Part shown: piece by piece, positions 9,218 to 18,893 of the stretch
Layout: each line of letters opens with the position of its first letter
Position numbering within the stretch: the first letter of the stretch is position 1
Assembly: GCA_022573225.1 (NCBI GenBank)
Contig: JACZUI010000002.1
Span: 28,751 to 92,750, forward strand
DNA length: 64,000 nucleotides
Reading direction: 5' to 3'
From: Acidobacteriota bacterium
GTDB lineage: Bacteria > Actinomycetota > Acidimicrobiia > Spongiisociales > ZC4RG35
Notes under the pieces: model-generated
Database searches by the model: none
What the model was told of the DNA's origin: nothing
What the model saw: the letters and a program-made list of their open reading frames with translations, nothing else
Translations under genes and position numbers: made by a program

Positions 9218-9949
9218 GTGCGCGACATCCTTTCAGACCTCGTAGCCGAGCAGCAGTTCCTCGATCAGTCCCTACAAAGGATCCCCATCAAGATTTGGGA
9301 CATGGTGACGCCGTCGAAGCCGTGGACGGTGAGGGACACAATCTCGCATCTCGCCGATTTCGAGGAGTTGGGCGCCGACAGCATCGCCGGCGGCGACCGG
9401 ATCAAACGTTGGCAAAACGCATCTGACCTTCGTCCCCTCCGCCAGGAGGCGATCAAGAAGGGACGGGCGATGCGGCCCCAGGATGTGATCGAATGGTGGC
9501 GCGGCGGCCGAGCCAAAGTTGTCGAGCCCCTGTCCCATCTGTCTGGTGATACCCGCATCGAATGGATCGACGGCGACATGAGTGCACGCACCTTCGCCAC
9601 GTTCCGTTTGCTGGAAACCTGGATGCACGGTCTCGACATCTACGCCACACTCAAGATCGACGTCGAGGACACGCCCCGGATTCGTCATGTGTGCTGGTTG
9701 GGCTGGAAGACACTTCCCTACGCGTTCAAGCACGCCGGAGAGGACTACGAGCCCGTCCGGATCGAAGTGATCGGTCCCGGGTACTCCAGATGGATATTCG
9801 GTCCTGATGACACCGATCAGCTGATAAAGGGTTCGGCCTCCGACTGGGCCAGGATCGCAGTTCGGCGAATCGACCCCGCCAAGACCCGACTCAAAGTTAC
9901 CGGCGAATACGCCGAGAAAGCCCTACAGGTGGCCAGGGCATATCTGTGA
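9218..9949 (+). CDS. DinB/MDMPI-fold protein (TIGR03084-like, mycothiol-dependent maleylpyruvate isomerase family)
   Basis: 243-aa ORF, GTG start. The WTVRDTISHLADFEE N-terminal metal-binding-domain pattern is typical of actinobacterial MDMPI_N/DinB_2 proteins. Confidence 0.65.
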   Translation: MRDILSDLVAEQQFLDQSLQRIPIKIWDMVTPSKPWTVRDTISHLADFEELGADSIAGGDRIKRWQNASDLRPLRQEAIKKGRAMRPQDVIEWWRGGRAKVVEPLSHLSGDTRIEWIDGDMSARTFATFRLLETWMHGLDIYATLKIDVEDTPRIRHVCWLGWKTLPYAFKHAGEDYEPVRIEVIGPGYSRWIFGPDDTDQLIKGSASDWARIAVRRIDPAKTRLKVTGEYAEKALQVARAYL

Positions 9950-10737
9950 GTGACATCCCCCGTCTGGTGGGGATGATCCATCTTCTCCCTTTGCCCGGAG
10001 CGCCCCGCTTTGGCGGCTCCATGGACGAGGTGATCTCCACCGCTGCCGCAGATGCCCGTGACCTGGCAGACGCCGGTTTTCCGGCCCTCATGATCGAGAA
10101 CTTCGGCGATGCTCCGTTCTTCGCCGAGGAGGCACCTGCGGAAACGATCGCGTCTATGACGGTTGCTGTCCACGTCGTCGCCGAGCAGGCCGGTCTTCCG
10201 TTTGGAGTAAACGTCCTTCGCAACGATGCCCGCTCTGCCATCGCGGTGGCAGTCGCCACCAGTGCCCGCTTCATACGAGTCAACGTGCTCACCGGGATGA
10301 TGCACACCGACCAGGGGCCGATCGTGGGCCGTGCTGCGGAGGTTCACCGGGTACGGACATCTCTGTCCCCTGAGGTGGAGATCTGGGCCGATGTGATGGT
10401 GAAGCATGCGACTCCCCCACCTGGCGCCGACGTTCGCCAGATGGCTGCCGACACAGTGGAACGCGGCCTCGCCGACGCGGTGATCGTTTCGGGAGCAAGC
10501 ACCGGCGCCCAGCCGGACATCCATGAAGCGTCACTCGTCCGCTCTTCAATCCCGGACTCAACCCGTCTGGTGATCGGGTCGGGTGCCACCTCGTCCAACC
10601 TGCCGCGACTACTGGACATCGCCGACTCGGTGATCGTCGGCTCCTCGATCAAAGTCGACGGCTTGGCCACCAATCGAGTCGATCCATCCCGGGGTGCCGC
10701 CTTTGTGGAGGTTGCCTCCCGGCACGGTCTCGTCTGA
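9946..10737 (+). CDS. BtpA/SgcQ family TIM-barrel protein
   Basis: LVGMIHLLPLPGAPRFGGSMDEVI...ALMIENFGDAPFF is the characteristic BtpA family N-terminus. There is a 4-nt start/stop overlap with the upstream gene. Confidence 0.75.
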   Translation: MSDIPRLVGMIHLLPLPGAPRFGGSMDEVISTAAADARDLADAGFPALMIENFGDAPFFAEEAPAETIASMTVAVHVVAEQAGLPFGVNVLRNDARSAIAVAVATSARFIRVNVLTGMMHTDQGPIVGRAAEVHRVRTSLSPEVEIWADVMVKHATPPPGADVRQMAADTVERGLADAVIVSGASTGAQPDIHEASLVRSSIPDSTRLVIGSGATSSNLPRLLDIADSVIVGSSIKVDGLATNRVDPSRGAAFVEVASRHGLV

Positions 10738-10873
10738 GGCTTGGGCATGAGAGCTAACGCCTCAAGGTCGGCCCCCGTCCTTCCGACATTCTCTTGGACC
10801 TCTGGACAATTTGATGCGTAGGACCCATACGGGCTCTCACCGTCAGTGGCCAGACTTCACCGTGGGTTAGGAA

Positions 10874-11449
10874 ATGACAGACTTACCAAGAGACATTCTG
10901 ATCGATGTGATGGAGGACGTTATCGAGGACCTCCACGGCCACGTCCACCGCGTATCAGACCTCGCCGTGGATCTAGGCACCGGTTTGGGGCTTCCCGAGG
11001 AAGACCTCGACTGTCTTGCATTGGCCGGTGTGCTCCACGATGTCGGAAAGATCCACCTCGACTCGACCATTCTGGGAAAACCCGGTCCACTCGACGAGAG
11101 CGAACGGGAACTGATGCAGCGGCATCCCGAGCTCGGGTTCGCCATGACCCGCAACCGTCTCGACGCCAAAGTCGCGGAAGCCATCCTCTACCACCATGAG
11201 CGTTTCGACGGTCAGGGCTACCCGTTCGGGCTCATCGGCGAGGGAATTCCCATCCTCTCGAGGATCGTCTTGGTGGCCGACGCGTTTGACGCGATGACCT
11301 CCACCCGGGCCTACCAGCCGGCTCTTCCCATTGAATTCGCCGTGGGCGAGATCCGCACCCACGCCGGGACCCAATTCGACCCCTCAGTGGTCCAAATCTT
11401 CCTGGAGCTTGCCACCGTCGACAGGCTCCCCGTCGAGCTCAGCGCCTGA
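10874..11449 (+). CDS. HD-GYP domain phosphohydrolase (stand-alone)
   Basis: LAGVLHDVGK (HD) and HHERFDGQGYPFGL (GYP) motifs; 191 aa. Confidence 0.8.
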   Translation: MTDLPRDILIDVMEDVIEDLHGHVHRVSDLAVDLGTGLGLPEEDLDCLALAGVLHDVGKIHLDSTILGKPGPLDESERELMQRHPELGFAMTRNRLDAKVAEAILYHHERFDGQGYPFGLIGEGIPILSRIVLVADAFDAMTSTRAYQPALPIEFAVGEIRTHAGTQFDPSVVQIFLELATVDRLPVELSA

Positions 11450-11484
11450 AACCTTCACGCCGGAGTCGGCCGAGCAATTCAAAC

Positions 11485-11506
11485 TGTCTCATCTCTCTGA
11501 TACGTT
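11485..11506 (+). promoter_or_regulatory. candidate promoter of lhr (TGTC-N4-N8-TACGTT; would give a leaderless mRNA)
   Basis: TACGTT (TAnnnT -10 type) at 11501-11506 ends 7 nt before the GTG start at 11513. TGTC at 11485-11488 has the spacing of the mycobacterial RecA-independent damage promoter. Only a partial match. Confidence 0.25.
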
Positions 11507-11512
11507 CTCGGG

Positions 11513-14500
11513 GTGGACCCGCTCGCATCGTTCTCCCAAGCGACCAGAACCTGGTTCGAAGCTTCCTTCGCTGAGCCGACCCTCGCCCAGGAGTTGGGCT
11601 GGCCAGCTATCGCGGCCGGTGGGCACACCCTCATCCACGCCCCGACCGGATCGGGAAAGACGCTTGCAGCTTTTCTCTGGACTCTTGATCGACTTCTAAC
11701 CGAACCGGTTCCCGACACGGCCGACCGATGCCGGATCCTCTATATCTCGCCACTCAAGGCGCTCGCACACGACATCGACCGCAACCTACGGGCACCTCTC
11801 GCAGGGATCAGGCACGCCTCGGAAAGGCTGGGGGGGCCGGCACTCCCCCGGCTCGAGACTTTCATCCGGACCGGCGACACACCCCAAGACCAACGACGGC
11901 GAATGCAGCGTCGGCCGCCCGACATTCTGATCACCACACCCGAATCGCTCTATCTCATCCTCACTTCAGCAGCACGCGCCGTACTGAAGACGGTGCGCTG
12001 GGTGATCGTCGATGAAGTTCATGCAGTGGCCGGGACCAAACGCGGTTCGCACCTGGCCCTCTCCCTCGAACGGCTCGAAGAAATCACCGAGGTACCGCCT
12101 CAGCGGATTGGGCTCTCGGCAACCCAACGACCTCTGGAAACGATCGGTCGGTTCCTGGGCGGAGGGACAGTCGAGGACGGCATCTGGACACCGAGGCCAG
12201 TGAATCTCGTCGACGTTCCCAGCGACCGTCCGCTCGACCTCGAGCTGGTCGTACCGGTCGAAGACATGAACGAGCCAGTCGACCCCGACCCGCTCGATCC
12301 CGACCGGCAGGCCACCCGCTCGATATGGCCGGCCATATACCCGGCCCTGCTCGCCGAGATCATGGCTCACAAAAGCACCATCGTCTTTGCCAACTCCCGC
12401 CGTCTCGCCGAGCGGATTTGCTCGGAGCTCAACAACCTGGCCGGTAAGGAAATCGCTCGCGCCCACCACGGTTCGGTCGCCCGTGAACACCGCCTTCAAA
12501 TCGAGGAAGCCCTGAAGCTGGGCAACCTCAAAGCGGTGGTTGCCACTTCATCGCTCGAGCTTGGCATCGACATGGGGGCGGTCGACCTCGTCCTCCAGGT
12601 CGAGGCACCCAACTCGGTCGCGTCGGGACTTCAGCGGGTTGGGCGGGCCGGACACCAAGTCGGCGGCGTCTCCAAGGCGAAGTTGTTTCCGAAATATCGG
12701 GGCGATCTCTTGGTGGCTGCTGTCATCGCCGACCGAATGCAACGCCGTCAGGTCGAATCGACCAAGATCCCTTTGAGCCCTCTCGACGTCCTCGCCCAGC
12801 AACTGGTGGCACAGACAGTGTCGGGTGACACCGACGCTGACGCCTTGTACGAGATCGCTCGGCGTGCCGCGCCATACGCTGAGATGTCGCGCAAGGTCTT
12901 CGACGAGACACTCGACATGCTGGCGGGCCGGTACCCGTCGGACCTCTTCGCCGAGCTCCGTCCCAGGATTACCTGGGATCGGGTAACTGGAGAAGTGGCG
13001 GCCCGGCCGGGAGCGCTTCAACTCGCCGTCACCAATCCCGGCACGATTCCCGACCGGGGCCTCTACCGGGTCACTCTCCCCGACGGGAGCCGGGTGGGAG
13101 AACTGGACGAGGAGATGGTTTACGAGTCGAGAGAAGGCGACACCTTCTTACTCGGCTCGACCGTGTGGCGCATCACCCAGATCACGCATGACAAAGTCGA
13201 GGTCGTGCCCGCTCCCGCCGAGAGCGCCCCCCGGATGCCGTTCTGGCATGGCGACATGCTCGGTCGCTCGATGGAAACCGGGCGGGCCGTCGGTGAGTTC
13301 GTGCGCGAGATCGCCGCCATGGAAGAAGAGGCTGCGTTCCAACACCTGCGGACCAATTACCACCTCGACGAGTACGCCGCCTCGAACCTCGTGGCATATC
13401 TCACCGAGGAACGCACCGCCACCGGGATCCTCCCCACCGACCAGACCATCGTCGTCCAACGCTTCCGGGATGAGATCGGTGACTGGAGGGTGGTCCTCCT
13501 GTCGCCCTTTGGCGCCCGAGTCCATGCCCCTTGGGCCATGGCGCTACGTCACAGATTCAGTGCGAGGTTCGGCACCGAAGCAGATGCCATCTGGTCGGAT
13601 GACGGGATTGCATTCAGGTTCCCCGATACCGACGACCCGCCGGATACAGACGAAATGATCCTGGATCCCGAAGAAGTCGAGAAGCTTCTCGTCGACCACA
13701 TCGCCGATACCGCTCTCTTCGCGGCCCGATTCAGAGAGGCGGCCGGACGGTCGCTGCTGCTTCCCAGACGACGGCCCGGTGAGCGGACCCCTCTCTGGTT
13801 GCAGCGAAGGAAGGCAGCCGATCTGCTCGGAGTTGCCAAGCAATTCGGATCGTTCCCGATTCTCCTGGAGGTCTATCGGGAGATCCTCCAGGATGACTTC
13901 GACCTGCCGGGCCTGATCGACCTTCTGACGGACATTCGCTCACGCCGAATTCGGGTGGCATCGGTCGACACCTCCGGCCCCAGTCCGTTCGCATCCTCGT
14001 TGCTCTTCTCGTTCGTTGCGGCCTTCCTCTATGAGGGGGACACGCCGCTGGCAGAGCGACGGGCAGCGGCTTTGACCCTCGATCGAGATCTGCTCCGCGA
14101 ACTGCTGGGCGAGGGTGAGCTGCGCGAGCTGATCGATCCGGAGGTTATCGCTGCGGTCGAGTTGGAGCTGCAACGCCTCACTGATTCCAGGAGGGTGAAA
14201 AACGTCGATGGAGTGCACGACCTTCTCCGCGACCTGGGTCCACTGTCCACGGAGGACATCGAGGTTCGCACGGAGGCGGTCGATGTCGTCGCCGCCCTCG
14301 AATCGCTCCAGGAGCAACGACGAGTTGTTCCCCTCACGATGGCCGGATCTGCCAGGTGGGCGGCCATCGAAGATGTGTCCCGGCTCCGGGATGCACTCGG
14401 CACCCAGCCACCGCCGGGAGTGCCCCACACATTCCTCGACCCGGTGGAAGACCCTCTCGGCGACGTCGTCGGCCGCTATGCCCGCACTCACGGACCTTTC

Positions 14501-15883
14501 ACCGCACTCGAGGCCTCGGGAGCACTCCACCTTCCCAGCGCAGTGGTAGACACCGTCCTGTCTCAGCTGGAGCAGGCAGGCCGGGTTGCGCAGGGTGCCT
14601 TCCGCCCCAAAGGGCAGGGCAGAGAGTGGGTAGACGAGACGGTGCTGAAGCGTCTCAAGAGACGCTCCCTGGCAGTCCTCAGGCAAGAGATCGAACCCGT
14701 CGAGCCCGCTGCCTTGGCCCGTTTCGCGGTCGCCTGGCATGGGATACGCTCCGATCCGCCGCGTGGGCGAGACGCCCTCGCCCAGACCCTCCATCGGCTC
14801 ACCGGTGCCCAGATACCCGCCTCGACATTGGAACGCGACGTGCTGGGCGCAAGGATTGCCGACGCCGAAACGGGGCTAGATCGGATGTTGGCCGCGGGCG
14901 AGTTGGTTTGGGCAGGCGCCGGGTCGCTCGGCTCCCGTGACGGCAGGGTCATGTTCTTCCCGCGCGACAGCCTTTCCATGCTGTGGCGAGGGCCTGATCC
15001 CGACTTCGACCTCACGGAAAAGGGAAGTCGAATTCTGAAGTTTCTCGAGGACAATGGTGCCAGCTTCTTCAGGGACATATACGAAGGAACGGGGGGAGAA
15101 GACCCTGAGGTGGCCTTATCTGCCCTCTGGGATCTCGTTTGGAGCGGTCACGCGACCAACGACACGCTCGAGCCGTTGCGTGCCTACGGCAAGCGACGAT
15201 CCAACCGGGCCGGCCGCCGGATGCTGTCATCGAAGTTCCCGGCTCACGCCGCAGGTCGCTGGTCGCTGATCGAGGCCATGGTTCGCAAGCACCCCGAGAC
15301 AACCGAGAGACATGCCGCCTGGGCACAGTTGATGCTGGATCGTCACGGGGTCGTAGCCCGACCCACCGCTTTGGCCGAGAGCTATCCGGGAGGGTTCACT
15401 GACCTCTACCCGGTCTACTCCCATCTCGAGGAGACCGGGCGGATCAGACGGGGCTACTTTGTCGAAGGCCTCGGCGGTTCCCAGTTCGCTCTGCCGGGTG
15501 CTGTCGATCTTTTGCGCTCTGAGTCCAAGTCGGAAACGGTCGTCCTCTCCGCGACCGACCCCGCCAACCCCTACGGGTCGATACTTCGCTGGCCCGAATC
15601 GCCCGACGTCCGGCTGGCCCGCGACGCCGGAGCGTACGTGGTGCTTCACGGCGGCGAGTTGATTGGATACCTGGACAAAGGAAGGAGAGGTCTGACTCTC
15701 TTCGACCCCGACTCTTCTCTGTTTGGTGAGGTTTCTGGGGCACTTGCCGATGTCGCCTCACGCTTCCGCCGTCTGACTCTGATAACTGTCAACGGCTCCC
15801 CGGCGCCTACATCGCCACTCGCCCCGGCCCTAACCGAGTGGGGCTTCGCCACTGCACCCCGCGGCCTCACCTACCGCGGCTGA
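11513..15883 (+). CDS. lhr: ATP-dependent DNA helicase Lhr (large helicase-related)
   Basis: 1456 aa. N-terminus F..TR.WF...F..PT..Q..WPAI..G.H.LI.APTGSGKTLAAFL, DEVH box, helicase C domain and the long Lhr-specific C-terminal region. Confidence 0.9.
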   Translation: MDPLASFSQATRTWFEASFAEPTLAQELGWPAIAAGGHTLIHAPTGSGKTLAAFLWTLDRLLTEPVPDTADRCRILYISPLKALAHDIDRNLRAPLAGIRHASERLGGPALPRLETFIRTGDTPQDQRRRMQRRPPDILITTPESLYLILTSAARAVLKTVRWVIVDEVHAVAGTKRGSHLALSLERLEEITEVPPQRIGLSATQRPLETIGRFLGGGTVEDGIWTPRPVNLVDVPSDRPLDLELVVPVEDMNEPVDPDPLDPDRQATRSIWPAIYPALLAEIMAHKSTIVFANSRRLAERICSELNNLAGKEIARAHHGSVAREHRLQIEEALKLGNLKAVVATSSLELGIDMGAVDLVLQVEAPNSVASGLQRVGRAGHQVGGVSKAKLFPKYRGDLLVAAVIADRMQRRQVESTKIPLSPLDVLAQQLVAQTVSGDTDADALYEIARRAAPYAEMSRKVFDETLDMLAGRYPSDLFAELRPRITWDRVTGEVAARPGALQLAVTNPGTIPDRGLYRVTLPDGSRVGELDEEMVYESREGDTFLLGSTVWRITQITHDKVEVVPAPAESAPRMPFWHGDMLGRSMETGRAVGEFVREIAAMEEEAAFQHLRTNYHLDEYAASNLVAYLTEERTATGILPTDQTIVVQRFRDEIGDWRVVLLSPFGARVHAPWAMALRHRFSARFGTEADAIWSDDGIAFRFPDTDDPPDTDEMILDPEEVEKLLVDHIADTALFAARFREAAGRSLLLPRRRPGERTPLWLQRRKAADLLGVAKQFGSFPILLEVYREILQDDFDLPGLIDLLTDIRSRRIRVASVDTSGPSPFASSLLFSFVAAFLYEGDTPLAERRAAALTLDRDLLRELLGEGELRELIDPEVIAAVELELQRLTDSRRVKNVDGVHDLLRDLGPLSTEDIEVRTEAVDVVAALESLQEQRRVVPLTMAGSARWAAIEDVSRLRDALGTQPPPGVPHTFLDPVEDPLGDVVGRYARTHGPFTALEASGALHLPSAVVDTVLSQLEQAGRVAQGAFRPKGQGREWVDETVLKRLKRRSLAVLRQEIEPVEPAALARFAVAWHGIRSDPPRGRDALAQTLHRLTGAQIPASTLERDVLGARIADAETGLDRMLAAGELVWAGAGSLGSRDGRVMFFPRDSLSMLWRGPDPDFDLTEKGSRILKFLEDNGASFFRDIYEGTGGEDPEVALSALWDLVWSGHATNDTLEPLRAYGKRRSNRAGRRMLSSKFPAHAAGRWSLIEAMVRKHPETTERHAAWAQLMLDRHGVVARPTALAESYPGGFTDLYPVYSHLEETGRIRRGYFVEGLGGSQFALPGAVDLLRSESKSETVVLSATDPANPYGSILRWPESPDVRLARDAGAYVVLHGGELIGYLDKGRRGLTLFDPDSSLFGEVSGALADVASRFRRLTLITVNGSPAPTSPLAPALTEWGFATAPRGLTYRG

Positions 15884-15889
15884 GAACGG

Positions 15890-17752
15890 CTACACCCGGT
15901 CGAGGATCTCGTAGGTCGTGTTGCGCAGCGCCGGAGTCCGGCCGGCTCCTTCGATCATTTCGACAAACTCGGCCGGAGTCACTTCCTGGCCATGCTCGGC
16001 TCCGGCCGCCCTGGTGATGATCTCCCCCATCAGGGTGCCTCCGACATCGTTGCAACCGGCATCCAGAAGACGTTGACCGCCGTCTAGGCCCAGCTTCACC
16101 CACGAGGCCTGGATGTTGTCGATTAGGCCATCGAAAGCGATCCGGGAAACGGCGTGAATCAGCACCACCTCGTCCCAAGTCGGCCCCGGGCGAGAACGGC
16201 CCCGAAGGTAGATGGGTGATCCCATATGAACGAACGGCAAGGGAACCATCTCGGTGAAGCCACCTGTCCTCGTCTGGATCCGACGGATGACCTCCAGATG
16301 GTTGGCCCACGACCGCGGATGGTCGATATGACCGAACATGATCGTGGAGGTTGTCCTCAGCCCAAGCTCGTGGGCGGTGATCATCACCTCAGCCCACTGC
16401 GACGAGCGGACCTTGTCCGGGCAGAGATGGCGCCGGATGTCGTCATCGAGGATCTCTGCGGCCGTGCCAGGCAAGGTTCCCAGTCCGGCCTCCTTCAATT
16501 CCTCCAGGAACTGTCGCACCGGAATACCGAGCGTCTCCGCACCCTGCCAGACCTCCAGCGGTGTAAACCCGTGAATGTGCATGTCGGGCAGTTCCGCTTT
16601 GATCGCCTTGACGACGTCGACATAGAAGTTTCCGGTGAAATCGGGATGAATCCCACCCTGGAGGGTCACTTCGATCGCCCCGCGATCCCAGGCTTCCTTG
16701 GCGTTGCCCACGATCTCGTCGAGACCCATCAGGTAGGGCTCGCCCCGCAGGTTGAGACTCCTCGGTCCTTTGGAGAATGCGCAGAACCCGCACTTGAAGT
16801 AACAGAGATTGGTGTAGTTGATGTTCCGATTTACAACGTAGGTGACGGTGTCGCCGACGGCTTCGGATCGGAGCCGATCGGCCACATAGGCCACAGCGTC
16901 GATCTGGTCACCCCTGGCTCCAAACAGCTGCTCGAGCTCGGAAACCGTTGGACGGTGCCCATCCAAAGAGCGTTCCAGGATCGGGGCAAGAGCTCCCGCT
17001 CCGCTAATCCCTTCCGGAGCGTGTCCGTCGACCCATGTCTCATCCGGCCACTCCGCCGAGAAACGGTGCTCGGGAACAGGCAGCGCTTGATCTTTTCCTG
17101 GCGCCCACTGATAGCGGGGGCGCACCGCTCCAGAGCCGTCGACCTGATTGAGCCAGGTCTCGAACACCCCGGTCGAGAGTTGCTCACGGGCCTCATCGAT
17201 CTCCAAGCCGATCGGGAAGAGGCTGCGCTCTACCAGCTGATTCTCATCGACACGCGACCGGAGCTCTCCGATCCGCTCGGCTCCCCAGTCGCGGAGGACA
17301 AGATCGGTGGCACCCTCCCCCACGGCTGCAAGTGCCTGGTCGACGTTGTCGACAAACACCGAGACCGACGTTGCAATCCCGGGTAACGAAGCGAGAGATG
17401 CCGCCCCACCAACGGTTGAGCGCTTGCTGCGGAGAAAGGCCGCTCCAGATCGGGCAAGGGCGTCGAGTACCTCTTCTCTGCCTCCGTCGGCACTGAGGGT
17501 TATCCGCCAGCCCGGAACTCCCCGATCAGAGAGCTCGAGGGCATCGGCGGCTCCAACCACCCAGGTGGCGGTGTCCTCGGCAGCGGGGCTACCGCCGGCA
17601 ATCAGCAGTCCGCCGCCATGGGCCGCGTCGAGATCGGCACCCGACGGGTCCGCTATCTCGACAGCGGTAGTGCCATCGCGGCGTCGGCTGGTCGCCGTCG
17701 GCTCCGCGAGCGCGTCAGCGACACGAGCCCGAAGAAAGGTGATCCTGTTCAT
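15890..17752 (-). CDS. cofH: FO synthase subunit CofH (radical SAM) with an N-terminal extension of about 245 aa
   Basis: The radical-SAM motif CYFKCGFC begins at residue 317. The downstream sequence (GGIHPDF, HIHGFTPLE, GLGTLPGTAAEIL, MFGHID) is typical of CofH or the FbiC C-half. There is a 4-nt overlap with cofG. Confidence 0.85.
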   Translation of the reverse strand: MNRITFLRARVADALAEPTATSRRRDGTTAVEIADPSGADLDAAHGGGLLIAGGSPAAEDTATWVVGAADALELSDRGVPGWRITLSADGGREEVLDALARSGAAFLRSKRSTVGGAASLASLPGIATSVSVFVDNVDQALAAVGEGATDLVLRDWGAERIGELRSRVDENQLVERSLFPIGLEIDEAREQLSTGVFETWLNQVDGSGAVRPRYQWAPGKDQALPVPEHRFSAEWPDETWVDGHAPEGISGAGALAPILERSLDGHRPTVSELEQLFGARGDQIDAVAYVADRLRSEAVGDTVTYVVNRNINYTNLCYFKCGFCAFSKGPRSLNLRGEPYLMGLDEIVGNAKEAWDRGAIEVTLQGGIHPDFTGNFYVDVVKAIKAELPDMHIHGFTPLEVWQGAETLGIPVRQFLEELKEAGLGTLPGTAAEILDDDIRRHLCPDKVRSSQWAEVMITAHELGLRTTSTIMFGHIDHPRSWANHLEVIRRIQTRTGGFTEMVPLPFVHMGSPIYLRGRSRPGPTWDEVVLIHAVSRIAFDGLIDNIQASWVKLGLDGGQRLLDAGCNDVGGTLMGEIITRAAGAEHGQEVTPAEFVEMIEGAGRTPALRNTTYEILDRV

Positions 17753-18885
17753 GCAATTGCCTGCCTTTCACGCGTAAGCGCCAGTCCGTCGTCATCGACG
17801 GCTGCCATGACGTCGTCGATCAAACCTTCGTCGATCCACTCCGAATCGATGAACTCGGGATACACGGGGAGACGGGGCCTCAATTCGAACCCGGCCGCCC
17901 TGGTGCGCTCCTCCAACTCACCGAGATGAGGCCACGGCGCCTCGGGATTGACCCAGTCGATCGTCAGCGGCGAAACCCCACCCCAATCGTTGATCCCGGC
18001 GTCGAGATACATCTCGAAGCGGTCGGTCAGGTTGGGCGGGACCTGGACGTTGGCTTCGGGTCCCATTATCCATCGTGCCAGCGCAACGATGCGGGCAAAC
18101 CACCTCGGGATGGGCTCGGCCGACCATCGCATGGGAGTGTCGGCCTTGGCCCGGAAGTTTTGGATGATGACCTCCTGGATCGCCCCGGTCTCGTCGGCCA
18201 ACTCCTTCAAGGCGAACAACGAGTCGACGATCTCCTGGGTGTTCTCGCAAATTCCCACCAGGATCCCGGTGGTGAAGGGCACCCTGGTGCGGCCTGCCGC
18301 CTGGATTGTGGCGACGCGGAGGATGGGGTCTTTGTCCGGGCAGTTGTGATGGGGCATCCCGGGCTCCATCAGCCGGGGGGAGATGTTCTCGAGCATCAGG
18401 CCCATCGAGGGATTGGTCGGGCGCAGCATTGCCATGTCCTCGTCAGTCATCAGGCCGGGGTTGGCGTGAGGAAACAGCGATGTCTCAGATCGCACGAGAT
18501 CCGACATCCGGGCCACGTACTCCATGGTTGACGCCAGCCCCTTCTCGTCAAGGAACTCTCTCGCCTGGGGCCAACGATCTTCCGGCCGATCTCCAAGGGT
18601 GAACAGGGCTTCGGTGCAGCCGGCCTCATCGCCGGCCTTTGCCACGGCCAGCACCTCATCGGGCTCCAGGTAAACGCCACCGGCTCCAGGAGGCTTGGCG
18701 AAAGTGCAGTAAGTGCACCGATCTCGACACAGTGTGGTGAGCGGGATGAACACCTTCCTGCTGTAGGTGACAGTGGTGCCCTTTCCCTCATTGCGCAGAT
18801 TCCGGGCATGTTCGAGCAGTGGCGCGTCGTCACTCGAACCGCTCAGATAGGCGAGGGCTAGGTCTGGGTCCGGGCTTGGGTGCAC
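17749..18885 (-). CDS. cofG: FO synthase subunit CofG (radical SAM)
   Basis: CRDRCTYCTF radical-SAM motif and sequence typical of CofG or the FbiC N-half (FIPLTTLC..., GILVGI, QNFRAK); 378 aa. Confidence 0.85.
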   Translation of the reverse strand: MHPSPDPDLALAYLSGSSDDAPLLEHARNLRNEGKGTTVTYSRKVFIPLTTLCRDRCTYCTFAKPPGAGGVYLEPDEVLAVAKAGDEAGCTEALFTLGDRPEDRWPQAREFLDEKGLASTMEYVARMSDLVRSETSLFPHANPGLMTDEDMAMLRPTNPSMGLMLENISPRLMEPGMPHHNCPDKDPILRVATIQAAGRTRVPFTTGILVGICENTQEIVDSLFALKELADETGAIQEVIIQNFRAKADTPMRWSAEPIPRWFARIVALARWIMGPEANVQVPPNLTDRFEMYLDAGINDWGGVSPLTIDWVNPEAPWPHLGELEERTRAAGFELRPRLPVYPEFIDSEWIDEGLIDDVMAAVDDDGLALTRERQAIA

Positions 18886-18893
18886 TTGGCGGC

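Noticed and set aside
16226-17386. 386-aa plus-strand ORF antisense to cofH. Similar long antisense ORFs occur at 57198-58448 (opposite pnp), 45953-47245 (opposite icmF), 29918-30946 (opposite dnaE2), 51222-52145 (opposite imuB), and 7145-8086 and 6154-6945 (opposite the AAA+/VWA genes).
   Set aside because: Their translations are Arg/Pro/Gly-rich with no motifs, and each lies fully opposite a gene with a clear family assignment. This is the typical open-frame artefact of high-GC DNA.
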